A stretch of 63,454 nt of DNA, filler included, from Octopus bimaculoides (GCF_001194135.2; 6 parts of 6 records of this genome joined end to end with filler, not necessarily neighbours in it); one strand, 5' to 3'. Shown: positions 24,703 through 37,648, counted from the whole stretch's first letter. The notes: generated by a model from the sequence alone, not told the origin. Numbers and translations: made by a program.

Positions 24703-24789
24703 CTTTTTATTTGCCCATGGACAGAGACTGCCAAAAAGGATCAATCCTGTTAAAGGACCTGAAAAGGAGGAAACCAAACTGTCTCCAAT
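24703..24789 (-). CDS. SLC5 symporter exon (6th of 6 seen): IGDSLVSSFSGPLTGLILFGSLCPWANKK
   Basis: Acceptor TTTACCAG| and donor AAG|GTTTGT, phase 0-0. GP..G...G...P.AN motif. Confidence 0.9.
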
Positions 24790-26374
24790 CTGGTAAACAT
24801 AGAGGGAAGAAGAATAAATGCAAAATGAATTAGACAAATATAATGTCATGTGTGAAACACAAATTTGTGAGTATTTCATAAATAATTATTTTAATTTAAT
24901 TAACTAATTGATTTCAATCGTTGCTTATCAATCAAGATAAATTCTCAATATTCTGAAAACAGTACGCGTTATTTCAGGACAAATACCACAGTAACTGGCC
25001 TGTCGACAGTGTATATATATTAAGTATGATATATAGGTGGCAATTTTAATTAAATACTGCCTCAATTGCATGTTCTGGATTTTTAATCATCTGGACAGCT
25101 TTTCGCAACATCAGAGGATATTACATTCACATCTTACTATATCAGAAACGATGAGTTCTTGTCAAAGCAAGTGGTTGGCTGCAAGTACACACCATTAAAG
25201 AGGCTCAAAACGGTCGAAATGCATATGCCATTCTCGCGGGCCGCTGCTGGGATGAATTTTTGTCTCTCTTATATTTATTGTATTTTTAACACCACAAGTC
25301 CGTATAAGATGTCATTTCTGTACAAATCCCATAGTAACTGGCCTATCAGCCGTGTGTGTGCGTTGAGTATGATACATAAATAGCTATCTCTTTCTTATGA
25401 CCGGGGGTTTATCTGATGCTGAAGATAATCCATGCTTTTCAGCTGTATTGTGATACAAGCCACTCCTAACACATAGTTTTCAGTTAAATTGACAAGAATA
25501 ATTGAATAAGAGCAAGAATAACGAGAATGGTAATACAGTATTAATTACAATCCGCTTAACAGCATATTGCATCGTTTATATTTGACTTGCCACCTAGTTT
25601 AACACCTCCATCAGGTCTCTGAGAGTCTTTCGTGGAGCGCACTCTGTTGCAAGCATTCGGACCGGGTCATTTTCCACCAACCATGACGATAGGAGACCTG
25701 GATAACATCCTCCAACCAGCAACGGAGATTCTAAAAATGTTATGGGCACCGCTTATCCTTCCTTTCTTGGCTAAGGCATTAAAATGATTAGGGTGTGAGA
25801 GAAGAAAGTTTTGATATTGATACCTTTGCGATCGCCATTATCAACACATACTGGCACTCCGTCGGTTTCCACGAAGAGTTGTTCTAGTTGACCCGATCAG
25901 CGAAACAGCCTGCTCGTGAAATTGATGTGCAAGTAAATGGCTTAGCATTCACCAGACACGCGAATTCTTAACGTAGTTCTTAGGGGGATTCTGTGCGACA
26001 CAGAATGTAACAAGGCTGGCCCTTTGAAATGCATATACAACTCAACTCGTTTTTGCCAACTGAGTGAACTGGAAAAACGTGAAATAAAGTGTCTTGTTCG
26101 CTAGATTCGAATACACGACGTTCTGATCGTTAACTGAATATCTTAACCGCTAAGCCACGCGCCTTCTCAACGTCATAAACTGCATATAGCAGCAGCAGCG
26201 AGGAAACAGTAAAAGCTAGTTTATTTTAATATATAAAAAAAACATGGAGGGCAAAGTGAACTCTGAAAATAAAGGGATTAAATTAAATAACGGAATGTAT
26301 TTTGACAGATGCGATTCTGAAAATGCCAAGCCGCCTCCCTCGACGGTTGAAAATTATCTATTGATTTCACTTAC

Positions 26375-26445
26375 TTGTGTGAGAGTTCCACCAATATTAG
26401 AAACCAATGCTGCTACTCCTAGCGACATCAAACCGTAGATAACCA
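26375..26445 (-). CDS. SLC5 symporter exon (5th): (V)VIYGLMSLGVAALVSNIGGTLTQ
   Basis: Acceptor GGTTTTAG| and donor CAA|GTAAGT, phase 1-0. Not in the ORF track. Confidence 0.88.
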
Positions 26446-26504
26446 CTAAAACCGACAAAAGAGATATTTAGAAAAAAAGGTATCTTATCTTTAATATTCG
26501 TTTC

Positions 26505-26628
26505 TACTTTAGGCACAAGGCTCGAAATTTTGCGGGAGGTCGGCGTAGTCGATTAGGTCGACCCCAGTAGACAACTGGTACTTAATTTATCGACCCCGAA
26601 AGAATGAAAGGCAAAGCCGACTTCGGCG
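26505..26628 (-). mobile_element. SINE family B copy (partial, runs into a gap)
   Basis: Shared core sequence. Confidence 0.75.
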
Positions 26629-27127
26629 NNNNNNNNNNNNNNNNNNNNNNNNNNNNNNNNNNNNNNNNNNNNNNNNNNNNNNNNNNNNNNNNNNNNNNNN
26701 NNNNNNNNNNNNNNNNNNNNNNNNNNNNNNNNNNNNNNNNNNNNNNNNNNNNNNNNNNNNNNNNNNNNNNNNNNNNNNNNNNNNNNNNNNNNNNNNNNNN
26801 NNNNNNNNNNNNNNNNNNNNNNNNNNNNNNNNNNNNNNNNNNNNNNNNNNNNNNNNNNNNNNNNNNNNNNNNNNNNNNNNNNNNNNNNNNNNNNNNNNNN
26901 NNNNNNNNNNNNNNNNNNNNNNNNNNNNNNNNNNNNNNNNNNNNNNNNNNNNNNNNNNNNNNNNNNNNNNNNNNNNNNNNNNNNNNNNNNNNNNNNNNNN
27001 NNTGAAGAGCAATCTTCAGCTGCACGAAAAAATGTAGAAAAAAGACATATTACAAATGTGGCAACATATTAAAACCAAGTGGGAGAGAGCAGAGGAAGAA
27101 TATATAAGTCCATCTTGACATAGCAGG

Positions 27128-27161
<34 letters not shown>

Positions 27162-27233
27162 GCATACACATGCATACATATAAACATGCATGTATACTAT
27201 TATATATGCACATAGAAATATAGACAGACAAGC

Positions 27234-27234
<1 letters not shown>

Positions 27235-27312
<78 letters not shown>
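27235..27312. repeat. (ATAG)n microsatellite, about 35 nt into the SLC5 intron
   Basis: Direct inspection. One of dozens of microsatellites in the window: AT, CT, GT, ATT, CAT, TAG, ATAG, ATCC, TATG. Confidence 0.95.
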
Positions 27313-27314
<2 letters not shown>

Positions 27315-27348
27315 TTGGTATTGTCTATTGGAAAATAAACGAGTTTAC

Positions 27349-27461
27349 CTGAAGCTTTGCATACGAAGGTGGCTTTTGTCTCAGATGCTGATTTTAACAT
27401 CGGTTTAAAAATATCTACCCATGTGATTGTAGAAAGACTACTAAGACCAGACGACATAGTA
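27349..27461 (-). CDS. SLC5 symporter exon (4th): (S)TMSSGLSSLSTITWVDIFKPMLKSASETKATFVCKAS
   Basis: Acceptor TTTTTTCAG| and donor G|GTAAAC, phase 2-1. ST.SSG Na2-site motif. Confidence 0.9.
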
Positions 27462-27539
27462 CTGAAAAAAAAATGAATATAAAAATATCAAAGACGAAAT
27501 GGAATCTGTGAATGAGGGTTGGTAATAAACATCACTATT

Positions 27540-28006
27540 CTTTCATTCTTTTACTTGTTATATATATATATATATATATATATATTCTTTTACTTGTTTC
27601 AGTCATTTGACTGCGGTCATGCTAGAGCACCGCCTTTAGTCGAACAAATCGACCCCAGGACTTATTCGTTGTAAGCCTTGTACTTATTTTATCGGTTTCT
27701 TTTGACGAACCGCTAAGATACGGGTACGTCAACACACCAACATCGGTTGTCAAGCGATGGTGGGGGGATAAACACAGACACACNNNNNNNNNNNNNNNNN
27801 NNNNNNNNNNNNNNNNNNNNNNNNNNNNNNNNNNNNNNNNNNNNNNNNNNNNNNNNNNNNNNNNNNNNNNNNNNNNNNNNNNNNNNNNNNNNNNNNNNNN
27901 NNNNNNNNNNNNNNNNNNNNNNNNNNNNNNNNNNNNNNNNNNNNNNNNNNNNNNNNNNNNNNNNNNNNNNNNNNNNNNNNNNNNNNNNNNNNNNNNNNNN
28001 NNNNNN

Positions 28007-28040
<34 letters not shown>

Positions 28041-28202
28041 CGATTGACTTCTTTTAGTTTCCGTATGCCAAATCCGCTCACAAGGCTTTGGTCGGTTCGA
28101 AGCTATAGTAGAAGACACTTGCCTAAGGTGCCACACAGTGGGACTGAACCCAGAATCATGTGGTTGGAAAACAAGTTTCTTACCATACAGCTACTCCGGC
28201 GC
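27540..28202 (-). mobile_element. SINE family A copy, interrupted by an N gap
   Basis: Tail at 27590-27780 and head at 28060-28202, reverse-complement homologous to 22686-23082. Confidence 0.75.
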
Positions 28203-28320
28203 CTAAAGTATATTTAGAGTAATACTAATATTAAACGCGTTATTTCTGTTATTCCATTAAAACCTTGTGAGTGGATTTGGTCGATGGAAATCCATCGTAT
28301 ATATGTATGTGTGTGTGCGT

Positions 28321-28660
28321 GTGGTGAAGGCGCATGGCTCAGTGGTTAGACCGTCGAGCTTACGATCGTGAGGATGTGAGTTCGAATCCTTGATCGGGCT
28401 GCGTGTTGTGTTCTTGAGCAAGACACTTTATTTCACGTTGCTCCAGTTCACTCAGCTGTAGAAATGAGTTGAGACGTCACAAGTGCCAAGTTGTATCGGC
28501 CCCTTTGCCTTTCCCTTGGATAACATCGGTGGCATGGAGAAGAGAGGCCAGTATGCATGGGCGACTGCTGGTCTTCCATAAACAACCTTGCCCGGACTTG
28601 TACCTGGGAGGGTAACTTCCTAGGTACAACCCCATGGTCAGTCATGACCGAAGGGGGTCT
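28321..28660 (+). mobile_element. tRNA-derived SINE, family C, near full length
   Basis: A-box-like TGGCTCAGTGG and B-box GTTCGAATCC, then a non-tRNA body ending in simple repeats. Confidence 0.85.
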
Positions 28661-28704
28661 CAGCAGTGTGCGTGTGTGTGTGTGTGCGTGTGTGTGTGCG
28701 TGTG

Positions 28705-28747
<43 letters not shown>

Positions 28748-29554
28748 GGGTGTGTGTGTGTGTGTGTGTGTGTGTNNNNNNNNNNNNNNNNNNNNNNNNN
28801 NNNNNNNNNNNNNNNNNNNNNNNNNNNNNNNNNNNNNNNNNNNNNNNNNNNNNNNNNNNNNNNNNNNNNNNNNNNNNNNNNNNNNNNNNNNNNNNNNNNN
28901 NNNNNNNNNNNNNNNNNNNNNNNNNNNNNNNNNNNNNNNNNNNNNNNNNNNNNNNNNNNNNNNNNNNNNNNNNNNNNNNNNNNNNNNNNNNNNNNNNNNN
29001 NNNNNNNNNNNNNNNNNNNNNNNNNNNNNNNNNNNNNNNNNNNNNNNNNNNNNNNNNNNNNNNNNNNNNNNNNNNNNNNNNNNNNNNNNNNNNNNNNNNN
29101 NNNNNNNNNNNNNNNNNNNNNNNNNNNNNNNNNNNNNNNNNNNNNNNNNNNNNNNNNNNNNNNNNNNNNNNNNNNNNNNNNNNNNNNNNNNNNNNNNNNN
29201 NNNNNNNNNNNNNNNNNNNNNNNNNNNNNNNNNNNNNNNNNNNNNNNNNNNNNNNNNNNNNNNNNNNNNNNNNNNNNNNNNNNNNNNNNNNNNNNNNNNN
29301 NNNNNNNNNNNNNNNNNNNNNNNNNNNNNNNNNNNNNNNNNNNNNNNNNNNNNNNNNTATATATGAAGTTTCAAGCTCCAATAGTACAGTAACCGTTTGA
29401 TTACTGTACCATAAGCGCGAAACTTATAGCGAATTATATTTAAATCCTGATCTTTTTTTTAAATGATGTTTATCTCTGGATGGATAACTTCTCTGTCGAT
29501 GCTACCATAATGGAACTGTACACTATATGTGCGTGTGTATCTCTGTGCGTTGCG

Positions 29555-29564
<10 letters not shown>

Positions 29565-29609
<45 letters not shown>

Positions 29610-29630
29610 TAGTAGTAGTAGTAGTAGTAT

Positions 29631-29665
<35 letters not shown>

Positions 29666-29667
29666 AT
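29565..29667. repeat. Compound (GT)n-(TAG)n microsatellite; second (TAG)n at about 30020-30087
   Basis: Direct inspection. Confidence 0.95.
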
Positions 29668-30018
29668 AAAAAGCGCAGAAAACATAATTGGTATTTTTAA
29701 ACCTCTCATAGCTTAAGCGCGTTTCCCCAGACGACTAGTAATGCTGTGCAAACCGACTGGTCGCTTTTCTCGGTATTAGCAGCAAAAAAAAACCCCTACA
29801 ATATCTTGTGTACTGTATGCTTTTATATACCCCATTTATGTTAAATGGGATAATGTAAGTAATGTGGTATAGCGGAATAGAAGTTGATAGAAGGAGAAAT
29901 GAAGGGATAAAGTTAAGAGAAGGAAAATAAAAAGGTAAAGTGAGGAAAGGAGTAATGAGTATGTAGACCCATTCAGAGATATTGGAGGAAAATGGAGAAA
30001 GTGAGGTTTACTAGCCGT

Positions 30019-30087
<69 letters not shown>

Positions 30088-30340
30088 ACTAAGGTCACTT
30101 GCATATATCAAGATGTGAGAATAAGAGTATAGACTTGTCTGTATGGACTTTTTCATTGTATTTGGGTCCACTGAGGTCCGATTTGGCAGACACAGCATTT
30201 AGCTATTGTCTATATAAACAGGTGTGTAAAACATTTTCATTCTCATGGTGCCCAACCAAGCGGATACATACAGGAGAAGCTGAATGGGAATCTATTTTTC
30301 AAGTGTTAATATTAGAGTCATACAAGAAATACTGTCCTAC

Positions 30341-30429
30341 CTCAGACATGCACTGAATAATGCTGCCACGAATAATCCGGGCATTCCTCTCCAGTTTTGG
30401 AAAAGCATTAACATATAATAAGGCATGAT
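30341..30429 (-). CDS. SLC5 symporter exon (3rd): IMPYYMLMLFQNWRGMPGLFVAALFSACL(S)
   Basis: Acceptor TTTTGTAG| and donor AG|GTAGGA, phase 0-2. G.PGLF.A..FSA.LS motif. Not in the ORF track. Confidence 0.9.
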
Positions 30430-30620
30430 CTACAAAACAAAAACAACACAACACATATGACGAGTTTGAATTAACAGTTTATTGTTGTATTTGGCGGTAA
30501 ACAAGCAAACGATGGAATATCTACGGGATTAATTTGAAATGCTAGAAGTAGCTACCAATTCTTTTGTCTCATCCCAGCTTAGTGTCCGAAACATACACAC
30601 ACACACACACACATACACAC

Positions 30621-30674
<54 letters not shown>

Positions 30675-31082
30675 GTAGATGGAATTTTTTAATTCTTGTA
30701 TTATTTTCGTGGTATTTTTGTACGTCCTTTTAATACTTTATCATCTCAAATTTTTCTTACACCAATATATTATGACTTTTAAATGTAAATTCACTCTGTT
30801 TTATGTATCACATCGATAATTATCTATTTATGTGTAACTTTATATTTACATACTTGGAATTTTTATTTCCGTTTTATAAATGTAGAAGAATATATATATG
30901 TATTTGATTTTCGAATGTGGCTACTAATTATGTTCCTCTAGTTTCCGCTTGTATTGCCTCCATTGAAATTAAGTGGAATATAGCTCACTTGGAGCAATAC
31001 ATCTCCAGTCTGTATTTTATTTGCGTGTTTTGTTAACACTAGCAAACTCAAAATAAAGCGGTGTATATATATATATATATGA

Positions 31083-31348
31083 AAGAAAATAAGAAAATAG
31101 AGAGATAATTAAATTAATAATTATTTATTAATTATAAAATAGGAACCACACACGCAACACACTGGATCATGAAAATCTTAAAGGTATATCTTTAGCCACC
31201 TCCGATGATATTCAGCTTTAAAATCTTTTTAATTATGCTAATTAATTTCTAAAAGTCTTGAATCGAAACAGCTGTCAGCGATGATGTCCTGTTTTATAAT
31301 TAATAAATAATTATTAATTTAATTATCTCTCTATTTTCTTATTTTCTT
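31083..31348. mobile_element. MITE-like element with about 62-bp terminal inverted repeats
   Basis: The first 57 nt of the left arm are the exact reverse complement of 31292-31348. TA-rich flanks, no ORF. Confidence 0.85.
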
Positions 31349-32414
31349 AAAGATATATATAAACCCTGGTTTACACAGTTATCTTAAAGTTGAATATTGA
31401 TTTTAATATTCAATACTTCTTGTAATAAGTAATAAACCAGTATATTCATTGGATTTTATTATCCCTTAATGAGGTTTGTAACCTTTGAACTTATATATAT
31501 ATATATATATATATATNNNNNNNNNNNNNNNNNNNNNNNNNNNNNNNNNNNNNNNNNNNNNNNNNNNNNNNNNNNNNNNNNNNNNNNNNNNNNNNNNNNN
31601 NNNNNNNNNNNNNNNNNNNNNNNNNNNNNNNNNNNNNNNNNNNNNNNNNNNNNNNNNNNNNNNNNNNNNNNNNNNNNNNNNNNNNNNNNNNNNNNNNNNN
31701 NNNNNNNATATAAAGTGATTAATGAGTCTGTATAGGAAGAAGTTATTCTTTCTTATGGATATGTTATTCAAGCGTAAACCAGTTTTTCACTAATATCGAT
31801 TAACGATACTGGAAATATGTGTATATGAACTATTGTTTATTGTTGATTCTTCTTCAAGATTAGTACTTTATTCCTCTGAAATTCCAATTCTCGCTATGGG
31901 GATTTCGATCATTTTCAATATAAGAGAAAAAAGGTTAAAATTCAAAGAAAACGGAGAATACATACATAGAATAATCAATTTATCATCATCGTCTAATCAA
32001 ATTAATTGGTTCAGTCATATTACCTACACTGCGTTTCGGTTGATTGCTATCATTCATATTTACACTTTTAAAGTGCATTATAAAGTTGTAAAAAACAAAA
32101 AGCCTCCTCGGGGAATGATTGACTGATATTCTTTACGTCCTAACGGAAGGAAAGTTTATTTCAATGGAACTGTAGCATGTACGTCTTTGATTCTGTTCTA
32201 AAAATAGCTAAAACTTGATTTTTAAAAACTTATTGGGCTAGGGATAAGCATAGTTCAGGTCGTGTCACTATTCTACTCTTTTGGTAGTACCGATTAACTG
32301 TTTATAAGCTTGCCATAACATTTCATCTTATTCAGTATGCCCATAACACATTCTTCTGCGTCCTTATTCCACCCATTTGGTAAAATGACACAAGCCTTCA
32401 TAAAAATCGTTCTA

Positions 32415-33490
32415 AAAATAATATATGGTTCATAATACCTTTCACAAAGCAAATTAGCACTAATATAGTGAAATTATTCTACAAAGCCGTCTCTGAGCAT
32501 TTTTCAGGAAAAAATAAAGACTATAAAATAATAAATAACAAATAATAAATCGCACAAATTGAGGTCCGGTTTTTGCATGTCAAAAAAACAAATTATTGCT
32601 GCACAAAATGTGAAAAGATTAAATGATTTCTACAATAATAGGAGTAAGGAAAATGAAAATAAATTATTAAATGACCAAAATGGCGAGAAAATCAACGATA
32701 TTATGAGTTACACGATAAACGAAGGAAGGAAAATAACTCTAAGAGACTCCCCGCTATCATCTAAAGATATAAACATACTATCTATAAAAGAAAGAAGCAA
32801 TAAGCATAATATTTACAACAAAATTGATGATATAAATATAATTATTGATAATATAGATATAAGTACAAATACTAACAGTAGCAACAACAAACATAAAAGA
32901 GAAAACAATAAAAAGTATTGGGATAAGCAAATAAAACATTGACAAAGAAGATAGTAACGAAAGTAGTAAACAAACTAACGTAATTTAATCTTCTGTTGAT
33001 GGTAAAGACTCCAAACATAGAAAATAAATATAATGAGGATAACTCTGAAGGCATAGAATACAAGTACAACATTATTAGTAAAGAAACAGGGAGCACTATT
33101 AAAAATAAAACTTGCGGTTGTGCTGAAAGAAAACGATGTCCATTGAATTCTTTTTGTAGGGTAAAAGGAGTTATTTATGGGTGTAAGGTTATATCTTAGG
33201 GACAGGATTACTACTATATAGGTTCTACGGAAAATTATATAAAAAGAAGGATAACTAATCATGAAATCGATTTTAGGGGTAGACAATAAGAGGCTAGCAC
33301 CAGTCTAAGTAAACTAATTTGGTCGATTAAAGATAAAAATAATGACTATAAACTTACGTTGGAAATAACTAACCGAGCAAAATCTTAGAGCATTGGGGAA
33401 AAAAAGCTGTGAAGTTTGTGTTGAAGAAATTTACCAGATTCTTAAATCAAAATGCAAATTAATCAACAAGAGGGAAAGAGGACTCAGTTG
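32415..33490 (+). mobile_element. Penelope-like element 3' part (RT thumb, Asn-rich linker, GIY-YIG endonuclease), decayed
   Basis: NIWFIIPFTKQISTNIVKLF...HF, then CGC...CPLNSFCRVKGVIYGCKV...YYYIGSTENYIKRRITNH...TSLSKLIWSIK. This is the PLE GIY-YIG pattern, with stops and frameshifts. Confidence 0.85.
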
Positions 33491-33761
33491 GGTTCATAAA
33501 GTTAAATATACATTCAATAAATTTAAATAGATACGGTTAAAATAAATAATACCTATGAATCGTGCATCTATACTATGAATTAAATAGACCAATATATATG
33601 TATGAACCCAACCTATCAACTAATATATTTGAATAAATAATTATGTTTGCTTGTAACTAATTTAAATTTTACAAAAGAATAAGTATATAATAGTGTGGAT
33701 ATGAAGTAAACAAATAAAGTAACAATTAGGTACAAACCTAGATTTATTTTATCAATAAAGC

Positions 33762-33920
33762 GCAAGAGTGGCTGTGTGGTAAGAAGCTTGCTTCCCAATC
33801 ACATGGTTCCGGATTCAGTCCCACTGCGTGGGACCTTAGGTAAGTGTCTTCTACTATACCCTCGGGCCGACCAAAGCTTTGTGAGTGGATTTGGTAGATG
33901 GAAACTGAAAGTAGCCCATC

Positions 33921-33968
<48 letters not shown>

Positions 33969-34020
33969 GTATTTGTGCAACTGTGTTTGTCTACCCACCA
34001 TCGCTTGACAACCGATGTTG
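33762..34020 (+). mobile_element. SINE family A copy (5' part, runs into a gap; another partial head at 34725-34832)
   Basis: Homologous to 22686-22920. Confidence 0.8.
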
Positions 34021-34689
34021 NNNNNNNNNNNNNNNNNNNNNNNNNNNNNNNNNNNNNNNNNNNNNNNNNNNNNNNNNNNNNNNNNNNNNNNNNNNNNNNN
34101 NNNNNNNNNNNNNNNNNNNNNNNNNNNNNNNNNNNNNNNNNNNNNNNNNNNNNNNNNNNNNNNNNNNNNNNNNNNNNNNNNNNNNNNNNNNNNNNNNNNN
34201 NNNNNNNNNNNNNNNNNNNNNNNNNNNNNNNNNNNNNNNNNNNNNNNNNNNNNNNNNNNNNNNNNNNNNNNNNNNNNNNNNNNNNNNNNNNNNNNNNNNN
34301 NNNNNNNNNNNNNNNNNNNNNNNNNNNNNNNNNNNNNNNNNNNNNNNNNNNNNNNNNNNNNNNNNNNNNNNNNNNNNNNNNNNNNNNNNNNNNNNNNNNN
34401 NNNNNNNNNNNNNNNNNNNNNNNNNNNNNNNNNNNNNNNNNNNNNNNNNNNNNNNNNNNNNNNNNNNNNNNNNNNNNNNNNNNNNNNNNNNNNNNNNNNN
34501 NNNNNNNNNNNNNNNNNNNNNNNNNNNNNNNNNNNNNNNNNNNNNNNNNNNNNNNNNNNNNNNNNNNNNNNNNNNNNNNNNNNNNNNNNNNNNNNNNNNN
34601 NNNNNNNNNNNNNNNNNNNNNNNNNNNNNNNNNNNNNNNNNNNNNNNNNNNNNNNNNNNNNNNNNNNNNNNNNNNNNNNNNNNNNNNNN

Positions 34690-34721
<32 letters not shown>

Positions 34722-34849
34722 CTTGGGCGCAGGAGTGGCTGCGTGACAACTTAGGTAAGTGTTTTCTACTATAGCCTCGGGCCGACTAAAGCCTTGTGAG
34801 TGGATTTGGTAGAAGGAAACTGAAAGAAGTGCCTATATACATATAGGCA

Positions 34850-35490
34850 CTAGACAAGTGCTTGTGGAACGATCTCGTCGCTCTACGCGCATCTCGGACA
34901 GGCTTGGATGAGGGCACTTTCGAACCTATAGAGTTTGTTTCAAGTTGGTAATGTCCCGTGATAGCACTTCTTGTCCAAGGATTTCTGGAAGTTATCCATG
35001 GGCCCCAGATCGAAAGTCGTACAAAACCAAACACCTCGTTCATTCTCAGCGACTCCCAGAATATTACCGTGAATATTTTCTCTCCATTAGCCCTCTATAC
35101 AATGCAAATGTGGAATTTCCGCCGACTGCATTGCTCTAATGGTGGAGGACTGTGAGCAACTGCCGATATTTTACATACCAATCGTTTTGTTTTGGTCTTC
35201 GCTTGGCTCAGAACTGCAGTTCCGTCAAATAGACGAGATGCAGAAAAACTAGCCAGATAACCAGTGACCACATCTAGTCACCATCCAGGATTCGCTGAGG
35301 ATGTCGCAATCTCAGCGCATATTTCAACATTATCAATAAGTTATCACCCAGTCATGCACGCAGCGGGTGTTGACAGCCGATTGGACCCTCTAAACGGTAG
35401 AACACATTCCTACCACAAAAAGTGGCAGAGAAGCCGCCCCAGTCTGACCAGGCGTGAATTGAAGCAAAGCTTGGTGATAAGACGGTAAAA
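34850..35490 (-). mobile_element. L1/Tx1-like LINE ORF2 3' remnant (zinc-binding region)
   Basis: Minus frame reads TFDLGPMDNFQKSLDKKCYHGTLPT*NKLYRFESALIQACPRCA*SDEIVPQALV, resembling LPT...L......CPRC....ET..H of zf-RVT. Higher GC than flanks. Confidence 0.6.
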
Positions 35491-35509
35491 GATTATGGAG
35501 GCAACGTCG

Positions 35510-35705
35510 TCAGAATCGCTACCGTGCAGGGAAATATTTAACGGCATTTCGTCCGATTTTATGTTCTGAGTTCAAATTCCTCCGGGTCGACTTTATCTTT
35601 CATCATTTTGGGGTCGGTAAAATATGCGCCAGTTGAGTACTGGCGTCGATTTAGTAGGCTTACCACCTCCCTCAAAATTGCTGGCCTTGTGCTAAAATCT
35701 GAGAC
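35510..35705 (+). mobile_element. SINE family B copy
   Basis: Shared core sequence. Confidence 0.7.
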
Positions 35706-36344
35706 CAATGTAGGCGTTCTCTACCTCTGTCCAATCCTTCAGGGATAGCTTCCTCTTCCGTATTTTAGTGGGTGTTTTCAGCCTTTCGCAACAATGTTTG
35801 TAGCTGGCTTTTGATGGAGATATTAAAACACTGTAGGCAATATGATCAGCCACTCGTCCTGAATAGTCAAACGAAATGCCGTTGTTGTTGTTGTTGCACA
35901 TATCTGCTCCAGATCAAGTAATATGCGCTCATCATTGTCCGCCAAAGACCGAACTGTGTCCCATCTAATAGCTTTTGTTCTTTCCAGTCTTAGAACGACT
36001 GCTTTAAAGCACGAAAGAGCTCTATCAATGTAGTTTTCATGCTTCGCATTGAAGAGATGATCGAGGGTCAATGTTGTGCATCTTCAAGGTTTGAAGTCTC
36101 GTGTTTCAGAAATCCTGATTTCGGTGACAGCATACCACTGTTCTTCTCTCTCTTTGCTCTGGGGTCAACTGTGGTACCGTGAGTGTGTTAATGCGTTTCA
36201 CTACTACTTGTTCCAGATGGTTTTTGTCCAATGTTTTTTTGTCCTATTCTTTCGTCCAATGATAAAAAAATGAAATGCTTCCACAGTACTGGCAAAGGAG
36301 CCACTTTTTGTAATACTTCCGATACACTGCGTTTTTAGCATGCT

Positions 36345-36525
36345 GGGGAACTGCTTAGCGATAATTCGTCTGTCTTTACGTTCTGAGTTCAAATTCCGCC
36401 GAGGTCGACTTTGTCTTTCATCCTTTCGGGGTCGATAAATTAATTTACCAGTTGCGTACTGGGGTCGATCTAATCGACTGGCCCCCTTCCCCAAAATTTC
36501 GGGCCTTGTGCCTAGAATAGAAAAG
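36345..36525 (+). mobile_element. SINE family B copy
   Basis: Shared core sequence. Confidence 0.8.
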
Positions 36526-36675
36526 TATATACAAGCGTGTGTATCTGGCGCGGTTTGGTAGGAGAGACAATAAATAGTTCGTGGAAAAGAAAAAGAAAGA
36601 AGAAAAATAGTTAAAATCATTCTTTTACTAACACTTGTCGAGGAGAGGCTGGAAGAGGTTATTCAAGCTTATAAA

Positions 36676-36883
36676 CTCTTTTACTCTTTTACATGTTTCA
36701 GTCATTGGACTGCGGCCATGCTCGAGCACCGCCTTTTTAGTCGAGCAAATCGATCCCGGGACTTATTCTTTGTAAGCCTAGTACTTATTCTATCGGTCTT
36801 TATTGCCGAACCGCTAGGTGACGGGGACATAAATACACCAGCATCGGTTGTCAAGCAATGCTAGGGAGACAAACACAGATACA

Positions 36884-36930
<47 letters not shown>

Positions 36931-37006
36931 GTGTATATATATATATATACGTATATACGACGGTCTTCTTTCAGTATACGTCTACCAAATCCACTCACAA
37001 GGCTTT
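36676..37006 (-). mobile_element. SINE family A copy (3' part)
   Basis: Reverse-complement homology to 22790-23082. Confidence 0.8.
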
Positions 37007-37421
37007 NNNNNNNNNNNNNNNNNNNNNNNNNNNNNNNNNNNNNNNNNNNNNNNNNNNNNNNNNNNNNNNNNNNNNNNNNNNNNNNNNNNNNNNNNNNNNN
37101 NNNNNNTATATATATAATGGAATCTCTCGTTGAAGACGACATATGAGCGTTCAGCTGATACCAGATGACTTGCACAGATGATTTGTTTATAGTGATCAGG
37201 TGTATGTGCTCTGCTTGTTAGCTCACTTTCTGCATCAAATCGATGTTGTTTGAACAGGTTTTCGGTATGTCACGCCTCAGGTGTCGAAGTGATCTCAGAG
37301 CAATGTGAATTGGAGTGTTTTTGCTCAAGAAAAACACAACTCACCGCCTAGCAACTGAAACCACGATCTCGCTATCGTGAGTGCAGCACCCTAACCACTA
37401 GGCTATGCGCCCTTATACAAA

Positions 37422-37648
37422 AGGCAGTGAGCTGGCAGAAACATTAGCACGCCGGGCGAAATGCTTAGCGGTACTTCGTCTGCCGTTACGTTCTGAGTTC
37501 AAATTCCGCCGGGGTTGATTTTGCTTTTCATCCTTTCGGGGTCGATAAATTAAGTACCAGTTACGCCCTGGGGTCGATGCAATCGACTTAATCCCTTTGT
37601 CTGTCCTTGTTTGTCCCCTCTGTGTTTAGCCCCTTGTGGGCAATAAAT
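37422..37648 (+). mobile_element. SINE family B copy (alternative tail CCCTTTGTCTGTCC)
   Basis: Shared core. The same tail variant occurs at about 16385-16500. Confidence 0.8.

Noticed and set aside
32559-32942. Asn/Lys-rich 127-aa ORF as a host gene
   Set aside because: It lies between the RT-thumb and GIY-YIG parts of the decayed Penelope-like element.
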